Of a stretch of 64,000 nt of DNA, positions 43,364-52,770 are shown one piece after another; positions within the stretch are counted from its first letter, which is position 1, and every line of letters starts with the position of its first letter. Position numbers and translations under genes: made by a program. A model generated the notes under the pieces. That model saw nothing but the letters and a program-made list of their open reading frames with translations, ran no database searches and was not told where the DNA came from. Source of the DNA: Bryobacterales bacterium (GTDB lineage: Bacteria > Acidobacteriota > Terriglobia > Bryobacterales > Bryobacteraceae); the NCBI GenBank assembly GCA_003162425.1, contig PMOK01000168.1, forward strand, positions 997-64,996. Reading direction: 5' to 3'.

Positions 43364-44665
43364 TTGACTCTAATACCGTCGGCGGACTGGCGACGGAGCG
43401 ACTGGATCCAGATTTTGAAAAATATGGACGCGCATATGACTCTTGATGAAGTGGCAAGCAGTTCGATCCCGCTGCGCGGGTTTGAGCATGACACAGAGAC
43501 GATTCGATCAGCAGCTACGCGGCTGCGTTTGGCAGTCGAAGGCATATCTTCTCCACACTCCCTCATCGGGATAAAACCCGAAAGCCTCATTCAATTGGAC
43601 ACGAGTACTATTGCGATAGAAGGCGCGTTAAAAGGAATTACCGGAGAGATCGATGGTGCGACTGAATACACTAAGCGGCGCAAACTTATACCGAACGCAC
43701 TCATCTGTAACCAGGTTGTAGCCGACTTGGCGAAGGCTGAAGGACATCTGGACACCATGGCCGTTGAGCGTTTGGACAAGCCAAACGGGCCGTTGCAAGT
43801 CCGCGTAACGGACGCCTTCTGTCGGTGGCTTGCTGATTCAGCAAACAGTCCAATGCTGGGCTTGGGTTCGGGTCCGACACCCCCACCCTCACCCTCGATT
43901 GAAATCACCAGACTCCCTTCGGCTGGGGCGCTTTATTACAACCCGTCAGCTCACAACCGAGTTCGGTCCTTGCTCCCTAGAATCGAAACTATGAGGAGGT
44001 CTCTTAGGATTGACATCTGGATCAAACAGCCACGGCGGGAAACCTGTGAGAGTTTGGTCCGGGCGTGCCAGAAAGCACAGCATGACTTCGAGGATTTTCT
44101 CGCTTGGTTCACGCAATTCCAACTCGGGCTACATGGCGCAGGACTAGATTGCTACGTAGCTCAAGTTCTGCTGGGAATGCATGTTTCAGGGGGTGAGGTT
44201 CGGCTACCAGGTGACATGCGAAACTTGGCGGACTCGTCCGAACACGAAGCGTACGCCACGATTCTGCGTCAGGCGCGGGCCCGAAAGGCAGCGGATGAAA
44301 ATGGAGAGCAGGATCGAATACCTGTTGACCCACCTGGCACACGAAGGAGCGGTCGGCGGTTCGATGCCCTATACCGTGCCGATTTTCTGGAAGAAGTTGG
44401 CAACCTGTTCGTTCCTTTCAGCCAACTCGAAACCGATACGATGATGCGTGCCGCCTTAATTGAGGCTGCCACGCGAGAAGACTTCGAGCGTATTTTCCGC
44501 AAAGTGCGTCTGCCGCGCGCGCATGCCAGGTTCGCCGCGAGAGTCCTATCCGGTCGAGCGGTTCTCGCGGATAACCCTGCCGCCGCCGTAGCGATTGTGG
44601 AAAAGCGCGAGACGATAATTGAGGCCATGGAGGGCGATAAGTTCTTCCGAAGTCTGTTTGGGTAA
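43364..44665 (+). CDS. hypothetical protein, island cargo, no recognisable domain
   Basis: 433-aa ORF (TTG 43364; first in-frame ATG at 43424). No motif I can assign. Confidence 0.65.
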   Translation: MTLIPSADWRRSDWIQILKNMDAHMTLDEVASSSIPLRGFEHDTETIRSAATRLRLAVEGISSPHSLIGIKPESLIQLDTSTIAIEGALKGITGEIDGATEYTKRRKLIPNALICNQVVADLAKAEGHLDTMAVERLDKPNGPLQVRVTDAFCRWLADSANSPMLGLGSGPTPPPSPSIEITRLPSAGALYYNPSAHNRVRSLLPRIETMRRSLRIDIWIKQPRRETCESLVRACQKAQHDFEDFLAWFTQFQLGLHGAGLDCYVAQVLLGMHVSGGEVRLPGDMRNLADSSEHEAYATILRQARARKAADENGEQDRIPVDPPGTRRSGRRFDALYRADFLEEVGNLFVPFSQLETDTMMRAALIEAATREDFERIFRKVRLPRAHARFAARVLSGRAVLADNPAAAVAIVEKRETIIEAMEGDKFFRSLFG

Positions 44666-44761
44666 CTTAGAAATTTATTTTGGCTGTGTTTTTAATAGTT
44701 TAGCGACTTCAACGCCGTCAAGATAGTTTTTTTCGCGAGTATAAGGCAGGAGGCAATTTTC

Positions 44762-45022
44762 ATGGTGTCGCTAATAATAGCATTCGAGGAACCCGGTTCC
44801 AAGCCACTCTCGGTGGCCGTCGTGCACGACCAAGACCTCCTCCATCGCGCCGCGCGAGTCGCCTTGGACCAGGCGCAGCGCGAGGCTTCTGAGGTTGCCA
44901 GGGAGAATCCCATACTTGGCAAACTTCTCTCGGCCGAGGTCGTACGACTGCGGGTAGCGCTCACGACCCTGATTCCCGGCATCGGACTTGATCCCGAGCA
45001 CTTTATGGCCCGCCCCATTTAG
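44762..45022 (+). CDS. small hypothetical protein
   Basis: AGGAGG 9 nt upstream of the ATG. GC-rich third positions support the + strand over the overlapping minus ORF 44692..45018. Confidence 0.55.
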   Translation: MVSLIIAFEEPGSKPLSVAVVHDQDLLHRAARVALDQAQREASEVARENPILGKLLSAEVVRLRVALTTLIPGIGLDPEHFMARPI

Positions 45023-45100
45023 AGCTGAGCTAACCCTCCGCAGGGCTACTCCTCGCAAACAAAATACTTCTCGTCCCAGTTCCTAAGAAGCGGAATTAAC

Positions 45101-45364
45101 ATGTCCATCGGTGCGCCACGTTCCCTGAGACCTGTCAACGGAACAATCGACAGCCCCGATACAACATTCGAACGACATTTCAACATTGATGAGTTGGCGG
45201 CGATTTGGAAGTATAGCCGCGAGACGGTCCGGCAGCTCGTGAAAGACGAACCTGGCGTCATCAAAGTACGAAATGGGCCGCGCAAAACCATGACGCGGTA
45301 CAGCATTCCAGAATCCGTGGCGCGGCGCATCCATACACGATTGTTAAATCCTGGCGCGCTATAA
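45101..45364 (+). CDS. excisionase/AlpA-like HTH protein
   Basis: FNIDELAAIWKYSRETVRQLVKDEPGVIKV..RYSIPESVARRIH (HTH_17-like). Its stop is 9 nt before the integrase ATG. Confidence 0.6.
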   Translation: MSIGAPRSLRPVNGTIDSPDTTFERHFNIDELAAIWKYSRETVRQLVKDEPGVIKVRNGPRKTMTRYSIPESVARRIHTRLLNPGAL

Positions 45365-45373
45365 TCGATCGCC

Positions 45374-46636
45374 ATGCGACTCAATTTGCAACGAAGACAC
45401 TCAGAACGGTGCGCTGGCGGCCATCCAGCTTACTCGCGCTCCTACGAATCCGACGAACGAAGGCGTGCGTGCAAGCAATGCTTTTGCCCGATCTACGCCG
45501 GTGGAACGCTTAGTGGGGTCTTTCGTCGGAAGAACACAGAGTGCAACGACTGGGAAGAAGCGCGGATTGTCGCGGATACTTGGGAGCGGACTGGTTCCTG
45601 GAACGGCGAACTAGTTCCGGTCGCGGCTGCAAAGCTGGAGCAGCACCAATCCGAAGGCGCTCACCCAAAGATTACAATCCAGTTCGCGACTGATGCGTAT
45701 CTTTCAAACCGGGCTGGACGCGAGATCAAGCAATCCACCTACAAGAAATACAAAACCTTCGTCAAGCAGCTTCGTGATTTTGCAGACACCAAAGGCTACG
45801 TGATGATGGAGCAGTTGCAACAGATCACGGACATGGACGAATTCTACGCCCGGTGGAAGGACGGAGTCCGGGCCAAAGGTAAAAAGCTGGAGCGGCTGAA
45901 TGGCTTTTTTAATTTCTGTGTAAAGCGCAAATGGATCTTAGAGAACCCCGCCCAACATCTTGAACCACCGGTCGGCGCTGGTTCGGCGGCAAATAAAACG
46001 CCGTTCACCGATGCCGAAATCCAGGCGATGTATGCTGCGTCCAGAAAGCTCGGGATCGTTAAGTGGAAGAGCGGAGCCCGTGAGGGCGAATGGTCCGGCG
46101 AAGAGGTCGTGACCTTCATGATGTTGGAGATTTACACCGGCCTTCGCATCGGAGACGCAGGCTCGTTCGATATGGACCGGCTAAAAGGCAATGAGTGTTT
46201 TCTTCAAATGCACAAGACAGACAAGCCGCTCTTCACTTGGCTGCCGGATGAACTAATCCATCGCTTATGGGAATTAGCGGAACAACGTGGCGCACGTCCG
46301 TTCATGACACCGGGGGGATCGACACGAATGGAAACCGTCGCTGATCTTTGGCGACGCAAACTGAACAAGGTTTGGGCGCTGTGTGGGAAGTGGGAAGAGC
46401 GGCCACACCCCCACCGTTTCCGACATACATTCGTCCGCATCCTGCTTCAGAATGGGGTGTCTCCGGCTGACGTAGCGGAACTGATTGGCGACACGGAAGA
46501 GATGGTTCGGAAGCATTACGCTCGATGGGTCCCAGAGCGGCAAGAACGGCTCACGCGCATTCTCCAGCAAGCTTTAACGGCCAAGGTCGCCCCTCCGAGG
46601 CTTGTATCAATCGCAGGGAAACGTGGACGACCGTGA
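45374..46636 (+). CDS. tyrosine integrase
   Basis: YTGLRIGDA, HRFRHTFV, LIGDTEEMVRKHY. It ends 63 nt from the 3' end of tRNA-Ser. Confidence 0.9.
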   Translation: MRLNLQRRHSERCAGGHPAYSRSYESDERRRACKQCFCPIYAGGTLSGVFRRKNTECNDWEEARIVADTWERTGSWNGELVPVAAAKLEQHQSEGAHPKITIQFATDAYLSNRAGREIKQSTYKKYKTFVKQLRDFADTKGYVMMEQLQQITDMDEFYARWKDGVRAKGKKLERLNGFFNFCVKRKWILENPAQHLEPPVGAGSAANKTPFTDAEIQAMYAASRKLGIVKWKSGAREGEWSGEEVVTFMMLEIYTGLRIGDAGSFDMDRLKGNECFLQMHKTDKPLFTWLPDELIHRLWELAEQRGARPFMTPGGSTRMETVADLWRRKLNKVWALCGKWEERPHPHRFRHTFVRILLQNGVSPADVAELIGDTEEMVRKHYARWVPERQERLTRILQQALTAKVAPPRLVSIAGKRGRP

Positions 46637-46699
46637 ACTTCATTGGTCAGAATTGGTCAGATTTTGGAACAGCCGCCTTCTAAGCTACTGATTCTAATC

Positions 46700-46789
46700 T
46701 GGCGGTGAGGGTGGGATTCGAACCCACGGAACCCGCAAAGGTTCAACGGTTTTCGAGACCGCCCGATTCAACCACTCTCGCACCTCACC
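46700..46789 (-). tRNA. tRNA-Ser (anticodon CGA), type II with a long variable arm, CCA encoded
   Basis: Folded by hand: acceptor GGTGAGG/CCTCACC, anticodon stem GCGGT/ACCGT, loop CTCGAAA, variable arm TGAACCTTTGCGGGTTCC, T-arm GTGGG-TTCGAAT-CCCAC, G-CCA. 90 nt. Confidence 0.9.
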
Positions 46790-46843
46790 GTACCCTTATT
46801 CTACCTGGTTTCCATCACTTACGGACACTGTCACCACGCCATT

Positions 46844-47849
46844 TTAGCGCGCAATGGGCAGTGTCACCAATTTGGCACCATTTCCCGCAATCAACCCAAC
46901 CGCCCGCCTTTTTGCATCGCGGTTCGTGTGGGCGTAGCGCATCGTCACAGATACTGACGCATGACCAAGCAGTTCCTTCACCGTCACTAGGTCCGCACCA
47001 TTTCTAGTGAGCCTTGAGGCGAAGGTGTGCCACGTCACATCGTTGAGACCAGCCTTGCGGCAAGCCTTCTTTAATCCGAGCCAGAGATCTTTCCACTGTC
47101 CTCCGGTTTCGGGGTTGTAGAAAACGTATTCACATTTGCGCAGGCCGGACCAGCCGTTCACGACAGCAAGAGCCCTGTCGTTCAGCGGGACTTCCAGCAT
47201 GCGCCGATTCTTACGCACCAACATTTTGATGGCGGCGTTCTCCAGATCCACCTCCTCCCATCTCAGATTTAGAATTTCACCGAGCCGAAGCCCGGTATTG
47301 ATCGCGAACGTGACAAGGTCTTCGAGATACGGAGAACAGCACTGAAGAAGATTCTCTTCGTCCGCTTCGGAGAGCGAGCGGATTTGCAGATTGTCCTCTT
47401 CGAGGAACCTCACCCCTCTGACGGGATTCCTTCCAAAGAACAACTGCCAGTGCTCAGCCATGTTGAACATATGCTTCAGCAACGCCACTTCACGCCGTCG
47501 CCGGACTGGCCGATTGGTTCAGCCGATCCAGCTTGTATCGTTCGATCTGTAATGCGCGGATGTTCCCTAGCTGCGTCGTGCCCAAAGACGTATTCAGATG
47601 TGTCATGATCTGTTCGTCCCTCAGCCATGAACGCTTGTTGGCCTTCGCATAGTCCATGTACTGCTGACCGAATTGCGCCAACGTGATCTTCACAGATTGG
47701 GCATATTTACCCCGCTCGACTTCGGATAAACGCAACGCACAAAACTTCTCTGCCTTCCTGCGATCTGAAGTGCCGGTGCTTTCCTGCACCCGCTTCCCTC
47801 GCACGTAAAACGTCAAATACCAGACCCGGCCTCGCTGGTAGAGTTTCAT
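46844..47849 (-). pseudogene. tyrosine integrase split by a frameshift
   Basis: ORF 47490..47849 ends ..SPATA*. ORF 46844..47488 continues (V)ALLKHMFNMA.. in another frame, where SPAT(V)NRE(L)ALLKH is expected, consistent with a small deletion. NTGLRLGEIL and LLGHASVSVTMRYAH are present. Confidence 0.85.
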
Positions 47850-48040
47850 CAGATGATCCTTCTACCGCTTACCGATGTGTCGATTATAGGGTATTGGTGG
47901 AGAGTTTCCAAGACCTGCCCGTAGTCGAAACGCACGCAACGACCGGCCTTCACGAACGGAATGCGACGCAAATATACCCAGTTGTAGAGGGTTCCCCTGC
48001 CAACGCTGAGTCGGGCGTGAAAGCTCGTTTATGTCGATGA
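47849..48040 (-). pseudogene. excisionase-like HTH gene, frameshifted
   Basis: One frame reads ..TELIDINELS. The next reads ARLSVGRGTLYNWVYLRRIPFVKAGRCVRFDYGQVLE..*. The shift is near 48005-48015. Its TGA overlaps the integrase ATG (TGATG). Confidence 0.55.
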
Positions 48041-48204
48041 GCTCAGTAGAGACAGGCGGTTGTGCCGACGCCACACCGGCGCCAGAGCGCCGCCGTAGAA
48101 AACCAGCAGCACGTTCAGACGTGGGGCCTCTCGTAGATTCATCCTTCATAACTTTGGAAATTGGAAGATCTGAGCCCATGGGCGTCCACTGCTTAACCAC
48201 CAGA

Positions 48205-48444
48205 TCAGCGATTCAGTTGATCGCGCGTGCCCCTTTTTTCAGACATTGTTCTAGTGCGCTGTCCTTGCTGCGTGAACGTTGTATTGATCGGATCGGTATC
48301 CACGAAGTGCACTGGCGCTGATTTCGTTCGAAAGTACTGGGCGAGGATCGCGGAAACGAAGCTCTTTCCCACGCCCCCTTTTCCCTGCAGCACCAGATGA
48401 ACCGATGCCAGGGCCCCATTTGCGCTCGTTTCTGTTTTTGTCAT
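48205..48444 (-). pseudogene. N-terminal fragment of a ParA/MinD-type P-loop protein (TraL-like)
   Basis: HLVLQGKGGVGKSFVSAILAQYF..HFVDTDPINTTF (deviant Walker A) and then unrelated sequence; only 79 aa. Confidence 0.5.
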
Positions 48445-48454
48445 AAGTTACCTC

Positions 48455-48742
48455 TCAATCGATCAAGTTCTTGTTAATTGAAAACGGATCGTACTCGAAC
48501 ACGGACTGTTTCTTTTTCTCCCGCTGCTCGCGGAGATTGGCGAACGGATCGGAAGGCAACGGCGCTGCCAGGTCGCGGTCGCTGTTTGTCAGTGCGGTCT
48601 GCGGTTGTAGCCCCAACGCTGAAGGCCGTGAGCGCCTTCGCCTTAGCCGCGAAGTGTAGACCCGAAATTGGGGGTACGGGATCTCCAATCCATCGAGCTT
48701 TGCGGCCTCCCAGACTTCTCTGAGTTTCATTTCTCGCGCCAA
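48455..48742 (-). CDS. hypothetical protein adjacent to the TraL-like fragment
   Basis: 95-aa ORF ending 10 nt before the next gene; no motif recognised. Confidence 0.35.
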   Translation of the reverse strand: MAREMKLREVWEAAKLDGLEIPYPQFRVYTSRLRRRRSRPSALGLQPQTALTNSDRDLAAPLPSDPFANLREQREKKKQSVFEYDPFSINKNLID

Positions 48743-48825
48743 GCCCGCCTCAATTTCCTTCCATACTGCAGTAACCGAACGATACCCAACTAAAGCTTCC
48801 GCACGAGTGAAGCGGATTTCAGGCG

Positions 48826-49069
48826 CTAGCTTATGCGCCTAATGGGCAACGGGGTTGGCTGGCAACCGTGCGCGGTCTCATGCTCTTTCAGTTCTTTGCG
48901 TGTTCGGTCAAATACCGCCCGTGCTCTTTCTGCACGTCGATGGGCTGCCTCAAAATCTTGGGTTGTTAGATCCGCGTCCAAGCAGAGAACTAGCTTCGCT
49001 GTAGGCTCGCACCGCCTCGCGGTACTGCTTCAATTGCACTTCTCGCTGAGGGCATGTCGTTTCCGGCAT
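48826..49069 (-). pseudogene. small helical protein gene with a frameshift
   Basis: MPETTCPQREVQLKQYREAVRAYSEASSLLGRGSNNP.. then, after a 1-nt shift near 48950-48965, DFEAAHRRAERARAVFDRTRKELKEHETAHGC... 244 nt, not a multiple of 3. Confidence 0.3.
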
Positions 49070-49403
49070 GTGGGCTTCCTTCCAGCTTCATCGAAGACTG
49101 CTCAAAAAATACCACGTAGCGGGGCTCGTTGAGCCTAGACAAATAGCCAGGGATACCTGATGCGGCTAGCAAGCTGATGCTAGAGCCATTTTTATTTAAC
49201 TCCGGTTCTCGTTCATCCCTCAACCCGCCTGCCACCTGACTACGCTTGGCCTGATGTCAACTGGGTCTGCGCTGGCAAGTAAGATGATCCGCTTGTACCC
49301 AGTTCAGGGCTCCGGTCTTGCTAATCTGCCGATCTGGTGGCCTACACCCGTCGCTGAAGCTGGCACAAAGCAGACCGCGCGTCGCAGAACCTATTGACCC
49401 GAC

Positions 49404-49553
49404 CTAAGCTCGCCTTCCCACGAGGAGGTAGACAACGAGGATGATCAGCAGCACGCCGCCAATGCCACTTCCCACTATAGGGCCCCCATAATAGTACCCA
49501 CCACCGCCTCCGAAAAGGAGCAGCAGAATCAAAATAATGAGGATGAGGTTCAT
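49404..49553 (-). CDS. 49-aa Gly-rich hydrophobic micro-protein (below the track cutoff)
   Basis: AGGAGA 9 nt upstream of the ATG at 49553. Encodes MNLILIILILLLLFGGGGGYYYGGPIVGSGIGGVLLIILVVYLLVGRRA*. Confidence 0.45.
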   Translation of the reverse strand: MNLILIILILLLLFGGGGGYYYGGPIVGSGIGGVLLIILVVYLLVGRRA

Positions 49554-49933
49554 ATGCGGATTCTCCTAGATCACTACTATATCGCATGTGGGGTATGCTT
49601 GGTTCTCATTGCCTCATCGCAACTTCGTAGGGCTTCGTCGGTATCGGCCCTTGCCATTCATCAGATTCCGAGTTCGCCTCGGAGAAGAGGATATCACACG
49701 CGACAAGCGGGCATGATTGAGAATTTCAGCGTTGACGGCGCACGTCTACAGGAGTGGAAGCAGCACCCTCAATCTTCGGTTGCGAGTGTCGTTATCGCCG
49801 CAACATTCATTCCCATGCTGTGGCGTTTGAGCCCGTTCCCGGCAGTGTTCATCACGACGCCCATCACGAGCAGCGGCCTTAACCGGCGGCGCAGAATAGG
49901 GGCGGAGGTTCTGAGCGCCTCCCACAAAGCCCT

Positions 49934-50548
49934 ATGCGTCTAGTCTTATTGCTTGCCGCCTCGGCTGTGGCCGTCTCGGCGCAATACCCTTTCCCAGGAC
50001 CCGTAACTGGCCAGCCTGTTCCTTCCATGGCGCTCCTAGACTTCACTATGGAAAAACTCCTCACTACGTATCAGATTCCCGGCGGCGCGCTGGCTGTTTC
50101 GAATAAAGGCGCATTGATCTACGCGCGAGGCTTCGGTTACGCCGACACCGCCAGCTCGACGCCCGTCCAGCCCGACTCCCTGTTCCGAACGGCCAGCGTG
50201 AGCAAGACGTTTACTGCGGCCGTAGTGCTCAAATTGATTGAAGAGGGCCAGCCGATCCTACACCGCAACGGCTACAAGATCACCAACCCGACCGTGCTCG
50301 CTCGCATCGAGCATGAAGAGTTGGAGCAGTTCCTGCGAGGCTGCGGCTGGACGCCCCACTTTGTGGAAGGCGACGATCCGGAAACGATGCATCAACTCAT
50401 GGCCGCCACCATGGAAACCGCCATCGAGAACATCCGGCAAATCCAGGAGAATGCTCGGAAGAACAGCGACACCACGCGGGCGCGCTGGCCCAGATGGCCC
50501 AAGGGCTGGACGGGACCGAAGGTAGTCGATGAGCTGGGAGGATTCTAA
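49934..50548 (+). pseudogene. chimeric ORF: serine beta-lactamase-family N-terminus fused in frame to an internal phosphoketolase fragment
   Basis: aa 1-106: signal peptide plus ..[24 protein letters not shown] (SxxK). aa 107-204: [63 protein letters not shown] (Xfp-like). The junction is near 50251. Confidence 0.7.
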
Positions 50549-50732
50549 AGTCCAGCCTCTCCCGAGAGGCCATCCAAAACGCCCCGGAGTTCGTCGACTT
50601 CACGCCGATCACTCAGGAGTAATGAAAACCGGCTCTATTTTCACTATGGCCGGCCCCCCTATTGGCTGCACGAAGCCGAACACAAGCGTTCTTTATCCTT
50701 GAGCGGCGTGTAGGTGTGTGGTGGCACGGCGA

Positions 50733-50936
50733 ATCGCCCGCCACTCGACCGGCGCGATTCACGGGCCGGAAGACAGAACCCTCGGCGACTCCGGCCGCAA
50801 AGGTCCAAGCATCGATCGCCACCTTGACCCAGGTTGGCATCGGCGCCGTCCGGATGCGGCCATGCTTTCCCCGGAGATCGACTATGCACCAACGGACATC
50901 GCGTTGTTGGGCATGCACGAAATGGTGCAATTCAAC
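50733..50936 (-). pseudogene. internal fragment of a tyrosine integrase, paralogous to 23769..24761
   Basis: VELHHFVHAQQRDVRWCIVDLRGKHGRIRTAPMPTWVKVAIDAWTFAAGVAEGSVFRPVNRAGRVAGD aligns with IVHLSVDHLQKREDHWAIVDLIGKGGHIRTVPVPEWVKASVDDW..GRLFRCVNKTGSVWGS. Confidence 0.6.
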
Positions 50937-50944
50937 GTTCCTTC

Positions 50945-51131
50945 CATGCCCCACGCGGACGTTACATACGGAGGTAACGCGCTCGGGCTGGTATCCGGAG
51001 TGGTGCAAGTGAACTTTCGCGTACCACAAACGTATTACGTGCCTGGGTCGGCCTATCCGGCGCCGATTATTTTGTACGTTGGAAGCACATCTGTTGGTGG
51101 TGATCTCGGTCCCGAGATATGGATTCAGTGA
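50945..51131 (+). pseudogene. C-terminal fragment resembling the acidobacterial TIGR03437 C-terminal domain
   Basis: VTYGGNALGLVSGVVQVNFRVPQTYYVPGSAYPAPIILYVGSTSVGG..* resembles the (PG.YQVN..VP...G...V.V..GG..S) tail. Recollection only. Confidence 0.4.
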
Positions 51132-51403
51132 GGCGCTTCGGCCCCTCCGGAAGCCGTTGACCCCTATAAAGTTTCTTTATGCCACCGACCTTGTATACAT
51201 AACAGGAGGGTTGCGTTTTGAACGTGCAGGGAAGCCACATCAGCCCCAGCACGGCGCCTCTCGATGCGCCGGAATCGCTGAAGCTGCTCGATCGCCAGAG
51301 CCTGGAGCAAAAGCCCCGCGATAGCGATACCGGCAGCATGGGCGAGGTTTACAAGGACTAATGCGGATCTTGGCGAAGTCCTTCTGAGGAAGACTGATCG
51401 CGG

Positions 51404-52729
51404 TCACTGTTTTTCCTTCGTATCGAGACTCTTCTTCTTAAACACATTTAACTTGTTCCAAAAGTTTCTTTTCTTCTGGGTCGTAGCTGGCGATACACCG
51501 ACTTCTGCTCGTTCCGAGGCGCTCGCTTGGTTGACGTCTTGCCCGACGCTTGCTGTTGGGATAGTCAGCTTCGGGCTGGGTGTTGGCTCGGTTAGGTCAT
51601 GGTTCGATGTCTGAGCTGGTGGAGGTGGTTCGAATACACTGGCTTCCGCGGCGCGCTTCGAACCGTGTTTTTCTGCCGGCTTGGCGAGCCGCGGGGCTGT
51701 TCGCAGAGCAGTCTCCTTCCTGAAGACCGTAGTAGAGGTCGCGAAGGCCGGAGGCGAGATATGCAGGGTGTGCAACGGTATGATCGCAGACGGTGCAGGG
51801 TGGAATGGGTGGATGGCGGACGAAGCTACAAACGCCAAGATCAGACCGGTTACGATCGCGAGTCCGATGCCAAGAGCACTCTTGTGGGCCAGTGAAAATT
51901 CGGCTTTGACCGATTGCTCAAGCTGAGCAATGGAGTCCAGGAATTCATCGGCCGACTGATAGCGGCGTCGCGGATCTCTGGCCAGGGCACAGCGGATGAT
52001 CTTGTCCCATTGCGGTGACAGGCTCGGCTCAAGCTGACTGGGCGGCTGAGGGTCGCCCTCCGAGTCAGTTAGCACCGGCGCAAGCTTTCGGTTTGCTCCA
52101 AAGGGTTTTCGTCCGGTGAGAAGCTCATACAGGATGGCTCCGACGGAATAGAGGTCGGATCGCCGGTCTGGGTGGGTGGCGCCCTTCAATCGTTCGGGCG
52201 CCAGGTACGGCAGGGCGCCAAGTATCTCTCCGCAATTGGTCAACAGAGGATCGCTGAAAGCCTTCGAGAGTCCGAAATCACTCAGCTTCACTTCGCCGAC
52301 CGTGGTGATCATGACATTGGCAGGAGTTATGTCCCGATGCACGACGCCCTGTTGATGCACATAGCGAATCGCTAGCAGGATCTGCTTAATGTATCCGATT
52401 CCTCTCTCGAGAGGCAGGCGCCCGGCGCTAAGCATGCTTTCGAGCGTCTGCCCATTGATAAACTCCATCAACAGGATCAGCTGATTTTCCGAATGAAGCG
52501 CATTATAAAGGACAGCAATATTGGGATGGCTTAAACGGGCTAGGACCTGCAGCTCGCGCTCGAATCTCTTGATCTGGGACTCGCTTGCCAGTTCCGTGGA
52601 CAGAACCTTCATTGCCTCAGTTCGCTTGCTGAGGCGGTGTTCGACCTTGTACATTGGCCCCAGCCCGCCGACATCGAGCAGGCCAGTGATTTCGTACTCG
52701 CCGAATTTTTGTCCTACATGGAGATCCAC
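51404..52729 (-). CDS. Ser/Thr protein kinase with one TM segment and a Pro/Ser/Thr-rich tail
   Basis: AMKVL, HRDITPANVMI, DFGLSK, LPYLAPER; TM LGIGLAIVTGLILAFVASS. The glycine loop is atypical (LDVGGLGPMYKV). Confidence 0.9.
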   Translation of the reverse strand: MDLHVGQKFGEYEITGLLDVGGLGPMYKVEHRLSKRTEAMKVLSTELASESQIKRFERELQVLARLSHPNIAVLYNALHSENQLILLMEFINGQTLESMLSAGRLPLERGIGYIKQILLAIRYVHQQGVVHRDITPANVMITTVGEVKLSDFGLSKAFSDPLLTNCGEILGALPYLAPERLKGATHPDRRSDLYSVGAILYELLTGRKPFGANRKLAPVLTDSEGDPQPPSQLEPSLSPQWDKIIRCALARDPRRRYQSADEFLDSIAQLEQSVKAEFSLAHKSALGIGLAIVTGLILAFVASSAIHPFHPAPSAIIPLHTLHISPPAFATSTTVFRKETALRTAPRLAKPAEKHGSKRAAEASVFEPPPPAQTSNHDLTEPTPSPKLTIPTASVGQDVNQASASERAEVGVSPATTQKKRNFWNKLNVFKKKSLDTKEKQ

Positions 52730-52770
52730 GTGAGCATGTCCAAGTCGCCGGACTCCGAGTCCATTATTAA

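Noticed and set aside
43048-43446. 132-aa + strand ORF downstream of cassette copy D
   Set aside because: Poor composition; it overlaps the 433-aa ORF. The region contains several alternative very short ORFs and a GAGGAGGG/CCCTCCTC hairpin. It may be a leader rather than a gene.
49554-49943. 129-aa + strand ORF between the micro-protein and the chimeric gene
   Set aside because: No SD, no motif, odd composition, and it overlaps the start of the next ORF.
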